DNA of 34,199 bases from Candidatus Wallbacteria bacterium (lineage in GTDB: Bacteria; Muiribacteriota; UBA6191; JACPRK01): assembly GCA_016199905.1 (NCBI GenBank), contig JACQFU010000396.1, forward strand, positions 1-34,199. The letters run 5' to 3'. Position 1 is the first letter of the stretch. Each line of letters opens with the position of its first letter. A program made the translations under genes and the position numbers. Below are positions 25,501-33,123 of this stretch, one piece after another. A model generated the notes under the pieces. It was not told the DNA's origin, ran no database searches, and saw nothing but the letters and a program-made list of their open reading frames with translations.

Positions 25501-26541
25501 TGCTCGCGGCAAAAGTTGCCGCAGACTTTCGTCGGGCCGCTCTGGAACGCGCTGCGCTCGGTATTGCAGGGCCAGATGTACGACCGCATCCAGCCGTTGC
25601 TCGACCTGGCCGACCAGGTCCGAGGCATAGGCGACGATCCGCAGGTGGGCCCGCTGATCAACGCGTCGCGCGAGGTGAACTTCCAACGTTTGGCCAAGGA
25701 GGCGATCGCCGCGCTCGGGGAGAAGGGCGACTTCGACCACTTCCAGAAAACCTTCGGGCTGCTGCTGCCGCTGGTGCCCAAGCACCCCGCGGTGTCCGAG
25801 CTGCTGGCCGCTTTCCAGGTGCACCTCGTGGCGCTGGCACTGGAGGGTCGCGCCCGCGAGGTGGAATCGCGGGCCGAGCGGCTCCAGGCGATTCTCAAGA
25901 CTCAAAAGATGCACGAGCTGCCCTGGCTCCGGGACCCCGTCAGCAACCTGAACAAGGAGCTGGAGAAGTTCGTGCTCCAGCGCTCCTCGGATGCCGAGCA
26001 CGTGCGAGCCGCCCTGGAGACGATTGCCTGGCTGCGTTCGCGCAAGTTTCGCTGGGCCGAGGAGCTGGTGATACGGCTGGACCAGGCGCTGGATCGCTCG
26101 CCCGACAAGAACGCGCTGATGCATCGCTTGGCCCAGATCCCCGTCGAGCTTGTCGTCGCCGCCACGGACCCGCACACGCAGGTCCGAAAGAGGGCCCTCT
26201 ACGCCCGGGCCAGCCTCGACAGCGCACTCTGGCGCTGGGGAATGCTCGCGCTGGTGCCGATGGCAGGATACCTGTGGCCGTGGCTCGTCCGGGCCGCGGG
26301 CGTGCCGGTGCCGGGGCAGGCGCCCGTGACGCGGCACGCCGCGGCCGCCTGGGCGATCGCGGCGGTGGCTGCACTGATGTTCGGACGCTGGATCTCCGCC
26401 GCAGCCCGGTTCGTGATGGCGCGGCGCGACCCGCGAGGGCGAAGGTGGCGAGCCTATGCCCTGGGATGCGGCGCGCTATTTTCGATGTTCGCCTTCGCTG
26501 CGGTGGCATTCGCGCTGCGGATGGCCGGGGGGCGGTTGTGA
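22579..26541 (+). CDS. Hanks-type Ser/Thr protein kinase, 1320 aa, with DnaJ-like zinc finger, long helical region and C-terminal transmembrane helices
   Basis: Kinase motifs: LGAGSFAYV, VAVKW, HRDLKPENIL, ITDFGIA, YMAPEQ, DIYAAGV. Four CxxC pairs lie at nt 23923-24045. Hydrophobic helices lie at about 26230-26535. Confidence 0.9.
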   Translation: MLANKRFNPKALVGKSLQQGRYVLKHFLGAGSFAYVFKAEEMLGGQRLRDVAVKWIVEGDPASILSEAQALAAMPPHPNIVTFLTSLPLAPPATGLLLVLEFVEGKPLDRLLMEGVALPPEDAGRLLDHVLAGLAHAHAHKVVHRDLKPENILARPDGILKITDFGIARSSQASKKTSEDVIKGTPAYMAPEQFGRRHDHRVDIYAAGVMAYEMLVGRRPFTGTPLEIMRGHVMEAPEIPAHLPAALRDFLDRSLAKNPDDRYATAEEMRRALVAAIAPQPEPTGRRKEPTLSGRATRDLEGRATAQFTGNRKRAHAAATRPAVLESHPDKAPQASVEWRLPPGSRLLASIAGQALPGMTRLAQRVAAGLKVDSAFRHPAYILRRALSYEKRQVVERFDVYRNQRFSKPVFEAASDIDPWEPMFGVERPTGDKRLTELRIPSTERQMKCLHCRGRGRAKCAACNGEDSVLCDVCKGSAESECADCQGMGDRVGYLVIEAHWETQHAVNVLKPPPVDADVTVEDLADAPAERLMRLNGGVLAVTDLPSPFPWPDLLPPIRSLLESITIIGDSASVDDDLTVDFVWIGHAICELKGEEASVDAVPEGGFATCEPRLLDILRDRAFGMLRDVEFWDNEPMEALSLAREALGPEGPPDWRDPVQETALGLVQRLLAAGHTGRFRDLRRPFSELVGLDSTNRWKQRWADVIVAYRRALMQEVQTALEGDDPADTLARALTQMSDLEMLAQEGPALFKLALERLQDLLRKGQFERSDRLIDALRGVTWPVKGAIETLAGLKSGALQERCMTVQRQCDTGGKPDAIYREISSLLMLCPEISLMAATLRAFRKRLGQELKAGRIVAGCHWGRRLQEELSHARPDLAPLFASMLDGHEDEFITTVVDMVKDPARFGDALSLLGLQEVKLEEDPRVSTLAAAFDSAFTAKLAGFEPTGAGGALSDEQQQELTREMGAWMRLQGWCSRQKLPQTFVGPLWNALRSVLQGQMYDRIQPLLDLADQVRGIGDDPQVGPLINASREVNFQRLAKEAIAALGEKGDFDHFQKTFGLLLPLVPKHPAVSELLAAFQVHLVALALEGRAREVESRAERLQAILKTQKMHELPWLRDPVSNLNKELEKFVLQRSSDAEHVRAALETIAWLRSRKFRWAEELVIRLDQALDRSPDKNALMHRLAQIPVELVVAATDPHTQVRKRALYARASLDSALWRWGMLALVPMAGYLWPWLVRAAGVPVPGQAPVTRHAAAAWAIAAVAALMFGRWISAAARFVMARRDPRGRRWRAYALGCGALFSMFAFAAVAFALRMAGGRL

Positions 26542-27353
26542 GGAAGCTGGGGCTCGCGCTGCTGGCCGCGGCGCTCGCGGCCGGCTCCGCAGGGGCGGCC
26601 GCGCCCGGCGACGCACACGCTGCCGCCTACTCGCGGGGCGAGGATTACGTCAACGCCTGGGACGGAAGCCGGATGATCTACATCCCAGGCGGCGTTTTCA
26701 TGATGGGCTCGGCCGCGGGCAGCGACGACGAGAAGCCAATTCATAAAGTGACTCTTTCGCCCTACCACATCGGGCGCACTGAGACGACCTGGGCCCAGTA
26801 CGCCCGCTTCTGCAGAGCCACCCGCCACGCTCTCCCCGAGCGGCCAGACTGGTGCAATCGCGACGACTACGCCGTTTTTGGCGTGAGCTGGGACGACGCC
26901 GGCGCCTACTGCCGCTGGGCTGGCCTGCGGCTGCCGACGGAGGCCGAGTGGGAGTTTGCCGCCCGCGGCACCGACGGTCGCACGTATCCCTGGGGCAACG
27001 AGCCCCCCGGCGAAGGCGGGGCCTGGCGCGCCAACTGCGGCTCAGGCGCCGGCCGTGGGGACGGTTTCGAGTTCGCTTCGCTCGTCGGCCGTTTCCCCAC
27101 GGGCGCCTCGCCGTGGAGATGCCTGGACATGGCCGGCAATGTCGCCGAGTGGTGCTCGGACTGGTACGACCCGCTCTATTACCAGATGAGCCCCGCCCGA
27201 GATCCCTCCGGCCCCACTCGCGGCACGATGCGCGTCCTGCGCGGTGGAAGCTGGTCCAGCCTGCCGTCCCAGCTCCGCGCCACCCGGCGCGACTTCGCCC
27301 GCAGCTTTCCCACGTTCAACTACTTCAACGTGGGGTTCCGCGTCGCCAAGTAG
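26538..27353 (+). CDS. Periplasmic FGE-sulfatase (SUMF1) fold protein, probably non-catalytic
   Basis: The GTG start overlaps the kinase stop (GTGA at 26538-26541). Signal peptide VRKLGLALLAAALAAGSAGAAAPGDAHA. Family motifs: HKVTLSPYHIGRTETT, WDDAGAYCRWAGLRLPTEAEWEFAARG, YPWGNE, GNVAEWCSDWY, RVLRGGSW, VGFRVAK. Confidence 0.88.
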   Translation: MRKLGLALLAAALAAGSAGAAAPGDAHAAAYSRGEDYVNAWDGSRMIYIPGGVFMMGSAAGSDDEKPIHKVTLSPYHIGRTETTWAQYARFCRATRHALPERPDWCNRDDYAVFGVSWDDAGAYCRWAGLRLPTEAEWEFAARGTDGRTYPWGNEPPGEGGAWRANCGSGAGRGDGFEFASLVGRFPTGASPWRCLDMAGNVAEWCSDWYDPLYYQMSPARDPSGPTRGTMRVLRGGSWSSLPSQLRATRRDFARSFPTFNYFNVGFRVAK

Positions 27354-27461
27354 GTGCCGGGGGCAGGTGTCAGGGGCTGCAACCTCAATCGCAGGTCACG
27401 TTCCGGGCGCGCGCTTGGTCGGGGAGACGGCGGCCGGGATTCGCGCCTGACACCTGGCACC
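27353..27461. repeat. Long-range inverted repeat (11-bp perfect core CAGGTGTCAGG / CCTGACACCTG plus 5-bp outer GGTGC/GCACC) with a 71-nt spacer
   Basis: Read directly: 27364-27374 pairs with 27446-27456, and 27353-27357 pairs with 27457-27461. It fills the 114-bp gap between two convergent genes. Confidence 0.5.
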
Positions 27462-27467
27462 CGACGT

Positions 27468-30053
27468 TTAGCGAGCTTCCATCACGGACATCGGGACGCC
27501 CCAGCGGTAGTAGCTGGGAGGCGCGGTTTCCTTGTGCGCCTTGACGAGCGCCTCGAGCTTGTGCAGCTCGACCTTGCCGTAGTCCGCGGCCTCCTTCTCC
27601 AGGCCCGAGCTCGAGAGCTCCTTGGTGTTCTCCATCCGCGCGAGCTGCTCGTAGGCGGCCCTATCCACGCTTCCGGGGATAGCCTTGTCCCACTTGTCGA
27701 GGGCGTCCCGGAAACGCTTCAGGAGCGCGTCCTTGAATTTGCACGCGTTGTTGGCGGGCCAGGTCCGGTCGATCAGATCCATCGTGTACTGCACCTTGCC
27801 CGTCTCCAGGTCGGCCGACGAGATCTGCAAGCGGCTCCAGAACTGCGCAGACGCCTCGGCGATGGTTCGCTCTTTTTCCTTGTCCGGTGACGCCGCGCCC
27901 GTGGCTGAGGCGCTCTCTTCCGTGCCCTCGGCGGCCGGCTTGGCCGATGCCAGGGCCGCGGACAACCCGTCGGCATCCACGGGGCCGAAGTGCATCGAGG
28001 GGACGAAGCCCTCTTCGATCTTCTTGGACTTGCGGAACTTCTCGGGGATCTTGATCTTGAAAGCGCGCACCGAGTTGGACGAATCGGCCGACTGCATCAA
28101 GGCGCCGATGATGTCGGCCTTCTCTGCGGGGGGCAGGGCGCCCACGCGGTTGCCGAGCCGATCGAGCACCGTCACACCGCGCTTCACGTGCGGCTTCACC
28201 TTGCCGGCAAGCGGCGTGGCAAAGAGGACTTCCTGGACTTCGTCGTTGGAGAGGTCCTCGCGGAAACGCTGCGCCTGGGCGTCGTTGATCTGCCGCTCGG
28301 TCTTCTCCTTGTTCTCCAGAGCCTGGCTGCGAGAAGCGATGGCCTTCATCCGGTCGCCGATGGCGGCGAGGTCCTTCGAGAGCGCGTCGGCCTTCGTCTT
28401 GATGCCGTTGACGTTTCGCTGCTCCCAGAAGGCACCCTCCCATTGGGCCGGCTGCTGCGCGCCCAGGTCGGACTTGATCTTGTCCACCTCCGACTTCAGA
28501 TCGGCGGGGGCATTCGGGGCGAGCTTCATGCCTTCGGCAGCCTTGTCGAGCGCAGCCTTCTGCTTGGCCAACTTGCCGAAGCTGTCCTCGGCGGTTACCT
28601 GATACTGGACGGCCTTCTCCAGGCGGTCGGCATCCTTGACGAGCTGAGCCATCTTCACCGGATCTCGGCGCGCGTCGAAGAGCGCCTTGGCCAGCGCGTC
28701 GGCGCTGGTCGCCTGCAACTTGCGCTCGATCAGCGCGCGGTGCTTGGCCAGCGGGCCGGCGAACGTGACGTCCTCGGGCTGCTTTCCCAGGACCCCTGCG
28801 AGTTGCTCGTAGCGCCGGGCGATCGTGGCCCCGCCTTCGCGGGCCGTGCGGGCATCCCGCTCCAGTGCGGCCAGCCGGCCGCGGGCGGCGGTTTCGATCT
28901 TGCGCGCCTTCGCCAGCTGCTGGCCGGCTTCGGCGATCTTGCCCGCGTCGATCTTCGGGTCCTTGACGACGGCGTCGAGAAGGCTCTCACGGGTCCACTT
29001 GCCGCCGCTCAGGCCGGCCGTTGCATCGGCCATGCCGCGCTCGGCCTGAGCGACCTGGGCCGCAGCCTGCTGGGCATCGCGACGCGCAGCGGCCACCTCG
29101 GCAGGCTCGTCGGAGGTCTGCTGCTGGCGGTCGCGGCCCGATCCGGTGTCGAAGTCGGAGCGGGTGGGCGGCTGGTTCAGGTAGACCAGCGCCTCGTCGG
29201 GCATCTGCGAGAGCTTCAGGGCGACGCCGAACGCCTTGTCGTCCATCATCAGGCCCTGCAGGTAGGTGGCGCCGAACTGCAGCGCGCCCTTGTCCAGGTC
29301 ACGCTCGAACTTCTGGGCCAGCTTGTCGGGGTCGATGGCCTCGTCGGGCTTGATGTCCACCTTGTAGGCGGGGCCGGCAGCGACCGTGAGGTCGCGAAGG
29401 TGCTCGGCGATGTTGGTGAGAAGCGGGGCCGGCGGCTGCTGGTCGCGGGCGAAGCGCAGGAAGCTGGCCACAACGGTGAAGTCGTCGGAGTCGTGCTGCT
29501 TGTCGAACCAGCCCTTGGTGCGGGCTTTGTAGAGCGAATAGTTCGTTTGAGTCGAGAGGTCGCCCTTCATCTTCTCGCGGGCGTGCTGCGCGTTCTTGGG
29601 GAAATCGGGAGTCATGTGCTGCACCTGGTCGAACCAGGCCTTCAGCAACTGCAGGTCTCGGAAGCTGGCGCGGGCCAGGGTCTCGCGATCGAAGCCGACT
29701 CGGCTGGTGCCGATGACCTCCGCCAGATGGTCCCGGGCCTCGGAGGTTCCATCCTGGTTCCCGCCGTCGACCCGGTCGTACTTGACCTTTCCCTTCGGCT
29801 TCTGTTGGGGCTGCTCCTCGGGCGGCCGCTGCTGGCGGTCCGGGCCCTTGTTTCGCAGGTCGCCGAAATCGAAGTCGTCAGCCGCGCTGGGCCGCTGTGG
29901 CTGCCGGACTTCCGCGGCCGTCGGCGTGGCGTCCTCGGCATCGTCGAGCGGACCGGCCAGCGCCGGCCCCGACGCAGCCCCCGCCGCAAGGATGGCAAGG
30001 GCGACCAAGACGTGACGGTACTCGAACCGGTGGTAGGGCTGGGCAGGATTCAC
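27468..30053 (-). CDS. Secreted, largely alpha-helical/coiled-coil protein, 861 aa, unknown function
   Basis: GTG start with AGAGG 6 nt upstream. Signal peptide ...RHVLVALAILAAGAASGPALAG. Highly charged Ala/Lys/Glu/Asp/Gln-rich sequence with heptad-like stretches. No recognised domain. Confidence 0.75.
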   Translation of the reverse strand: MNPAQPYHRFEYRHVLVALAILAAGAASGPALAGPLDDAEDATPTAAEVRQPQRPSAADDFDFGDLRNKGPDRQQRPPEEQPQQKPKGKVKYDRVDGGNQDGTSEARDHLAEVIGTSRVGFDRETLARASFRDLQLLKAWFDQVQHMTPDFPKNAQHAREKMKGDLSTQTNYSLYKARTKGWFDKQHDSDDFTVVASFLRFARDQQPPAPLLTNIAEHLRDLTVAAGPAYKVDIKPDEAIDPDKLAQKFERDLDKGALQFGATYLQGLMMDDKAFGVALKLSQMPDEALVYLNQPPTRSDFDTGSGRDRQQQTSDEPAEVAAARRDAQQAAAQVAQAERGMADATAGLSGGKWTRESLLDAVVKDPKIDAGKIAEAGQQLAKARKIETAARGRLAALERDARTAREGGATIARRYEQLAGVLGKQPEDVTFAGPLAKHRALIERKLQATSADALAKALFDARRDPVKMAQLVKDADRLEKAVQYQVTAEDSFGKLAKQKAALDKAAEGMKLAPNAPADLKSEVDKIKSDLGAQQPAQWEGAFWEQRNVNGIKTKADALSKDLAAIGDRMKAIASRSQALENKEKTERQINDAQAQRFREDLSNDEVQEVLFATPLAGKVKPHVKRGVTVLDRLGNRVGALPPAEKADIIGALMQSADSSNSVRAFKIKIPEKFRKSKKIEEGFVPSMHFGPVDADGLSAALASAKPAAEGTEESASATGAASPDKEKERTIAEASAQFWSRLQISSADLETGKVQYTMDLIDRTWPANNACKFKDALLKRFRDALDKWDKAIPGSVDRAAYEQLARMENTKELSSSGLEKEAADYGKVELHKLEALVKAHKETAPPSYYRWGVPMSVMEAR

Positions 30054-30093
30054 GAAGGGCCTCTCTTATGCTCCCGATTTCGGTATGGGGAGG

Positions 30094-30105
30094 AACAGCG
30101 CTGTT
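30094..30105. promoter_or_regulatory. 12-bp perfect palindrome AACAGCGCTGTT upstream of the coiled-coil protein gene
   Basis: Read directly. It lies in the 90-bp gap between the ureohydrolase stop and the GTG at 30053. Operator function is only a possibility. Confidence 0.15.
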
Positions 30106-30143
30106 GCGCCAAGGCTTACTACGGGCCAGGGGCCGTCATGGTT

Positions 30144-31277
30144 TCACGGCCCGCATCTTTCTCCGGACACCAAGGTCCATATGGCCATCTTGTAGAGCAT
30201 CCGAGCGCCGACGTTGGCGTCCCACTCGTCGCCGTCGGGGCCTGGCGCCACTTCGCAGAGGTCGAAGCCGACGATCCGGCGCCCCGACCGCGCCACGGCG
30301 CGAACCAGAAAGCAGGCATCCTGAAACGAGAGCCCTCCGGGCACGGGCGTCCCCGTGTGGGGACAGAGCGCCGGATCGAGCCCGTCGATGTCGAAGCTCA
30401 GCCAAACGTGCTGAGGCAGAGGATGGATCATGCGCTCCACGAGTTGCGCCCAGGGGGTGCCGCCGAACCTGGCGTCCGCCAAGCTCGCGTCGAAGAAGAC
30501 GTGCACGCGATCGCGCTGGGCGCGGATCCGATCGTACTCCTCCTCGCAGAAGTCGCGAATGCCGACTTGCACCAGCGCATGGACCTGGGGGACTTGCCGC
30601 AGCACGTTTTCCATGATGGAGGCGTGCGAATACGTGAACCCTTCGTAGGCACGGCGCAGGTCGGAGTGCGCGTCCAGGTGCAGGATTCCGAAGCTCGGCG
30701 TGACGGCGGCGACGGCCTGGATGGCGCCAAAGGGCGAGGAGTGGTCCCCCCCGACCACTCCGACGAGCTTTCCCGCAGCCAGCCATTCCGCGGTCGCCCG
30801 GCGCACCGACTCATTGACCAGTTCGGACAACTCGTTGACCTTTCGCAACGCCCTTCCCATCCTCGGATCTGTCTCGCCTGCGCCGCCCGCGGCGACGATC
30901 GGTGCCGCCAGGCCCTTTGCCTGCTGGTTCCAGGATCGGATCTCCTCGCTCTCGTCGAGCATCGCGATTCCAGCCTCATAGGCCCTGGCGGCTTCGAGAT
31001 CGAAGAGGTCGACCTGCCGGCTCGCCGCCAGGATTGAAGAGGGGCCCGCGGAGGTGCCGCCGCCGTAGGAGGTCGTCGCCTCCCAGGGCACGGGGATCAG
31101 AACCAGTGCGGCCTGCTGCGGCGAGAACGGCAAGCCAAAGATGCCCGCACCCGCGGCCGCCGGCGCGTTCGGATCGAAACCACTTATGGAAGCGCCCATG
31201 TCCGTCTGCCGAAGACTGTGAGAATTTTCGTTTGCCCCGTCGGACTTCTTGACACCGCGAAGGCGCGAGAATACCAT
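30144..31277 (-). CDS. Arginase-family ureohydrolase (agmatinase/formimidoylglutamase-like)
   Basis: Mn-binding motifs VVGGDHSSPFG, LHLDAHSDLR, and SFDIDGLDP..TGTPVPGG. GGAG lies 6 nt upstream of ATG 31277; an alternative ATG is at 31199. Confidence 0.88.
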   Translation of the reverse strand: MVFSRLRGVKKSDGANENSHSLRQTDMGASISGFDPNAPAAAGAGIFGLPFSPQQAALVLIPVPWEATTSYGGGTSAGPSSILAASRQVDLFDLEAARAYEAGIAMLDESEEIRSWNQQAKGLAAPIVAAGGAGETDPRMGRALRKVNELSELVNESVRRATAEWLAAGKLVGVVGGDHSSPFGAIQAVAAVTPSFGILHLDAHSDLRRAYEGFTYSHASIMENVLRQVPQVHALVQVGIRDFCEEEYDRIRAQRDRVHVFFDASLADARFGGTPWAQLVERMIHPLPQHVWLSFDIDGLDPALCPHTGTPVPGGLSFQDACFLVRAVARSGRRIVGFDLCEVAPGPDGDEWDANVGARMLYKMAIWTLVSGERCGP

Positions 31278-31497
31278 GTCGCACTCCGTTTCCCCTGGGA
31301 AATCGTCCTCGCGCGCGACGCGAGACGGACGGCTTCGCGGGTGCTCGGACGCCAGGACCTAGGCAGCTAGCGAGGACAGTCATCGGCCACTCATTAGTCC
31401 GCGAACAAGGCGGCATAATCCGGGTACAACCCCTTCCGGGAGAGGAATCGACGCTCGAAGCAACTTTCCCAGCGGGCCACTCCATGGAGCAAACGGG

Positions 31498-33123
31498 ATG
31501 AAACGCCGGATCATGGTCGTCGACGACGAGCAGCCCATCCTCATGGGGATGCAGGACCTGCTGCGAATCGGAGGCCACGAGGTCGAGACGTTTTCCAATC
31601 CGCTCCAGGCCGTCGCCCGGCTTCAGCTCGAAGAGTTCGACTGCGTCATAACTGACATGCTGATGCCCGAGCTGGACGGCCTGGAGGTCGTGAAGGCGGT
31701 GCGGCTGCGCTGGCCCGACTCGGCGATCATCGTCATCACGGGCAAGCCCGATCTGTCCACGGCCGTGGAAGCCCTGCACCAGGGCGCCAGCGACTATCTG
31801 GTCAAACCCGTCTTCGACAACGACATCGAACGTGTCATAGAACGAGTCATCGAACGAGCCGGCCTGCTCAAGTCGCTGAGACAGCGCAACGCGGAGCTGG
31901 AGCTGCTTCTGGAAGCCAGCTCGACCCTGAGCCAGGCGACCCGCGAGGACGAAGTCGCCAGGAAGTTGAACGCCCTGATGGCGCCCTCGGCCCGCGCGAT
32001 ATCGGCGGGGGCAAGGAAGACGTTGCAGAACATCGCCGACGAAGTCATCGTGAAGCTTCGCGCGAGCCGGTTTCGAGAGCAGGCCAAGCTCGGAGCGCTG
32101 TTGGAGGCGCAACCCGCCGGAATCGTGTTTCTCGACGAACGCGGCGAGCCAGCCATCGTGAGCAAACGCGCCCGCGAGCTGCTCGGCCTGGCCGATCCCT
32201 TGCCAGGTGGGCCTTGCGCCTCGCTTCCCCCTGAGCTCGTCAACAATATCCGAGGCGGCAGCTGCAGTCGTTCGCCGGCCGAATTGCGTGTGACCGCGAA
32301 GCCAGGCTGTCTGCTGCAGATTCGATGCGCTCCGGTGTTCGACCGCGATCTCCGTCTGGGAACGGTGGCTACGGTCCTGGACGTGACCGACGAGCGCGAA
32401 AACGAAATGCAGATGCAGATCGCCTCACGCCTCGCGACGCTCGGCATTTTGCTGGGGGGCCTGAGCCACGAAATGAACAACCCGCTGGCGATCATCATGG
32501 GCTGCGCCGAAGAGTTGGCTGCCGAGCCCGATTCGCCATCGACCCAGAAGGCCCATCGGATCCTGGACGCCGCCGATCGCTGCACCAAGCTCATCCGCCG
32601 TTTCATCCAGGTGGCCAATCCGGCCGTGAACCGCTCCGGCATGGTCGATCTTCATTCCCTGGTCTCGAGCACGCTGGAGATGCTGCGGGTGCACCTTCAC
32701 GAAAGCCAGATCCGCCTGCACGCCCAGACCAAGATCGTCCCGAGAATCCGAGGCAACGCAGGCGAGTTGAAGGACGCCCTGCTGGCGCTGTTCCTCAACG
32801 CGGTGGAGTCGATGTCTCCCGGCGGCGAGTTGCGCGTGCGGCTCTGGCCTCAGCCGGGTGGAGACGTGCAACTGGAGGTCGCCGATACGGGGCATGGCAT
32901 GACCCCGGAGGTCGAGCGCCGAATTTTCGACCCCTTCTTCACAACCAAGCCGCCGGGGCAGGGCGTCGGGCTGGGCCTGACGCTCGTGCACTCGATCTGC
33001 CGGCGAATGAACGCTCGAATCTTCGTTGCCTCCAGCCCGAAAGCCGGCACCACGTTCCGGATTCAGTTCCCGACCGTGACCGAGTCCGGCGTCTCAACCG
33101 ACTCGGCCGTCACGACCGAGTAG
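31498..33123 (+). CDS. Hybrid sensor histidine kinase (N-terminal receiver, PAS-like, HisKA, HATPase_c)
   Basis: REC: MVVDDE...CVITDMLMPELDG...ASDYLVKP. H-box: LSHEMNNPLAII. N/G boxes: LFLNAVES, ADTGHGM, FDPFFTTKPPGQGVGLGL. Confidence 0.9.
   Translation: MKRRIMVVDDEQPILMGMQDLLRIGGHEVETFSNPLQAVARLQLEEFDCVITDMLMPELDGLEVVKAVRLRWPDSAIIVITGKPDLSTAVEALHQGASDYLVKPVFDNDIERVIERVIERAGLLKSLRQRNAELELLLEASSTLSQATREDEVARKLNALMAPSARAISAGARKTLQNIADEVIVKLRASRFREQAKLGALLEAQPAGIVFLDERGEPAIVSKRARELLGLADPLPGGPCASLPPELVNNIRGGSCSRSPAELRVTAKPGCLLQIRCAPVFDRDLRLGTVATVLDVTDERENEMQMQIASRLATLGILLGGLSHEMNNPLAIIMGCAEELAAEPDSPSTQKAHRILDAADRCTKLIRRFIQVANPAVNRSGMVDLHSLVSSTLEMLRVHLHESQIRLHAQTKIVPRIRGNAGELKDALLALFLNAVESMSPGGELRVRLWPQPGGDVQLEVADTGHGMTPEVERRIFDPFFTTKPPGQGVGLGLTLVHSICRRMNARIFVASSPKAGTTFRIQFPTVTESGVSTDSAVTTE
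31825..31860 (+). repeat. Three imperfect in-frame copies of a 12-nt unit (ATCGAACGTGTC/ATAGAACGAGTC/ATCGAACGAGCC) encoding IERV-IERV-IERA
   Basis: Read directly. It lies in the linker after the receiver domain of the histidine kinase. Confidence 0.6.

Noticed and set aside
25005-26537. Upstream 511 codons of the 782-aa ORF that ends with the FGE-fold domain (a possible large FGE fusion protein)
   Set aside because: This part is out of frame within the kinase gene and Arg/Gly/Pro-rich. A GTG at 26538 followed by a signal peptide gives a complete, typical FGE-fold protein.
27455-27470. sigma54-like -24 element (CTGGCAC) in the gap after the FGE-fold gene
   Set aside because: The position where the -12 TTGC should lie reads GTTT, with no GC dinucleotide at the correct spacing. 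It also points into the 3' end of a convergent gene.
17519-31037. Long alternative-frame ORFs 17519-19909(+), 19837-21996(-), 21699-24410(+), 24418-26337(-) and 27990-31037(+)
   Set aside because: Each overlaps a better-supported gene on the other strand or frame (glycine-zipper protein, aminotransferase fusion, kinase, coiled-coil protein, ureohydrolase). Each has shadow-ORF composition.
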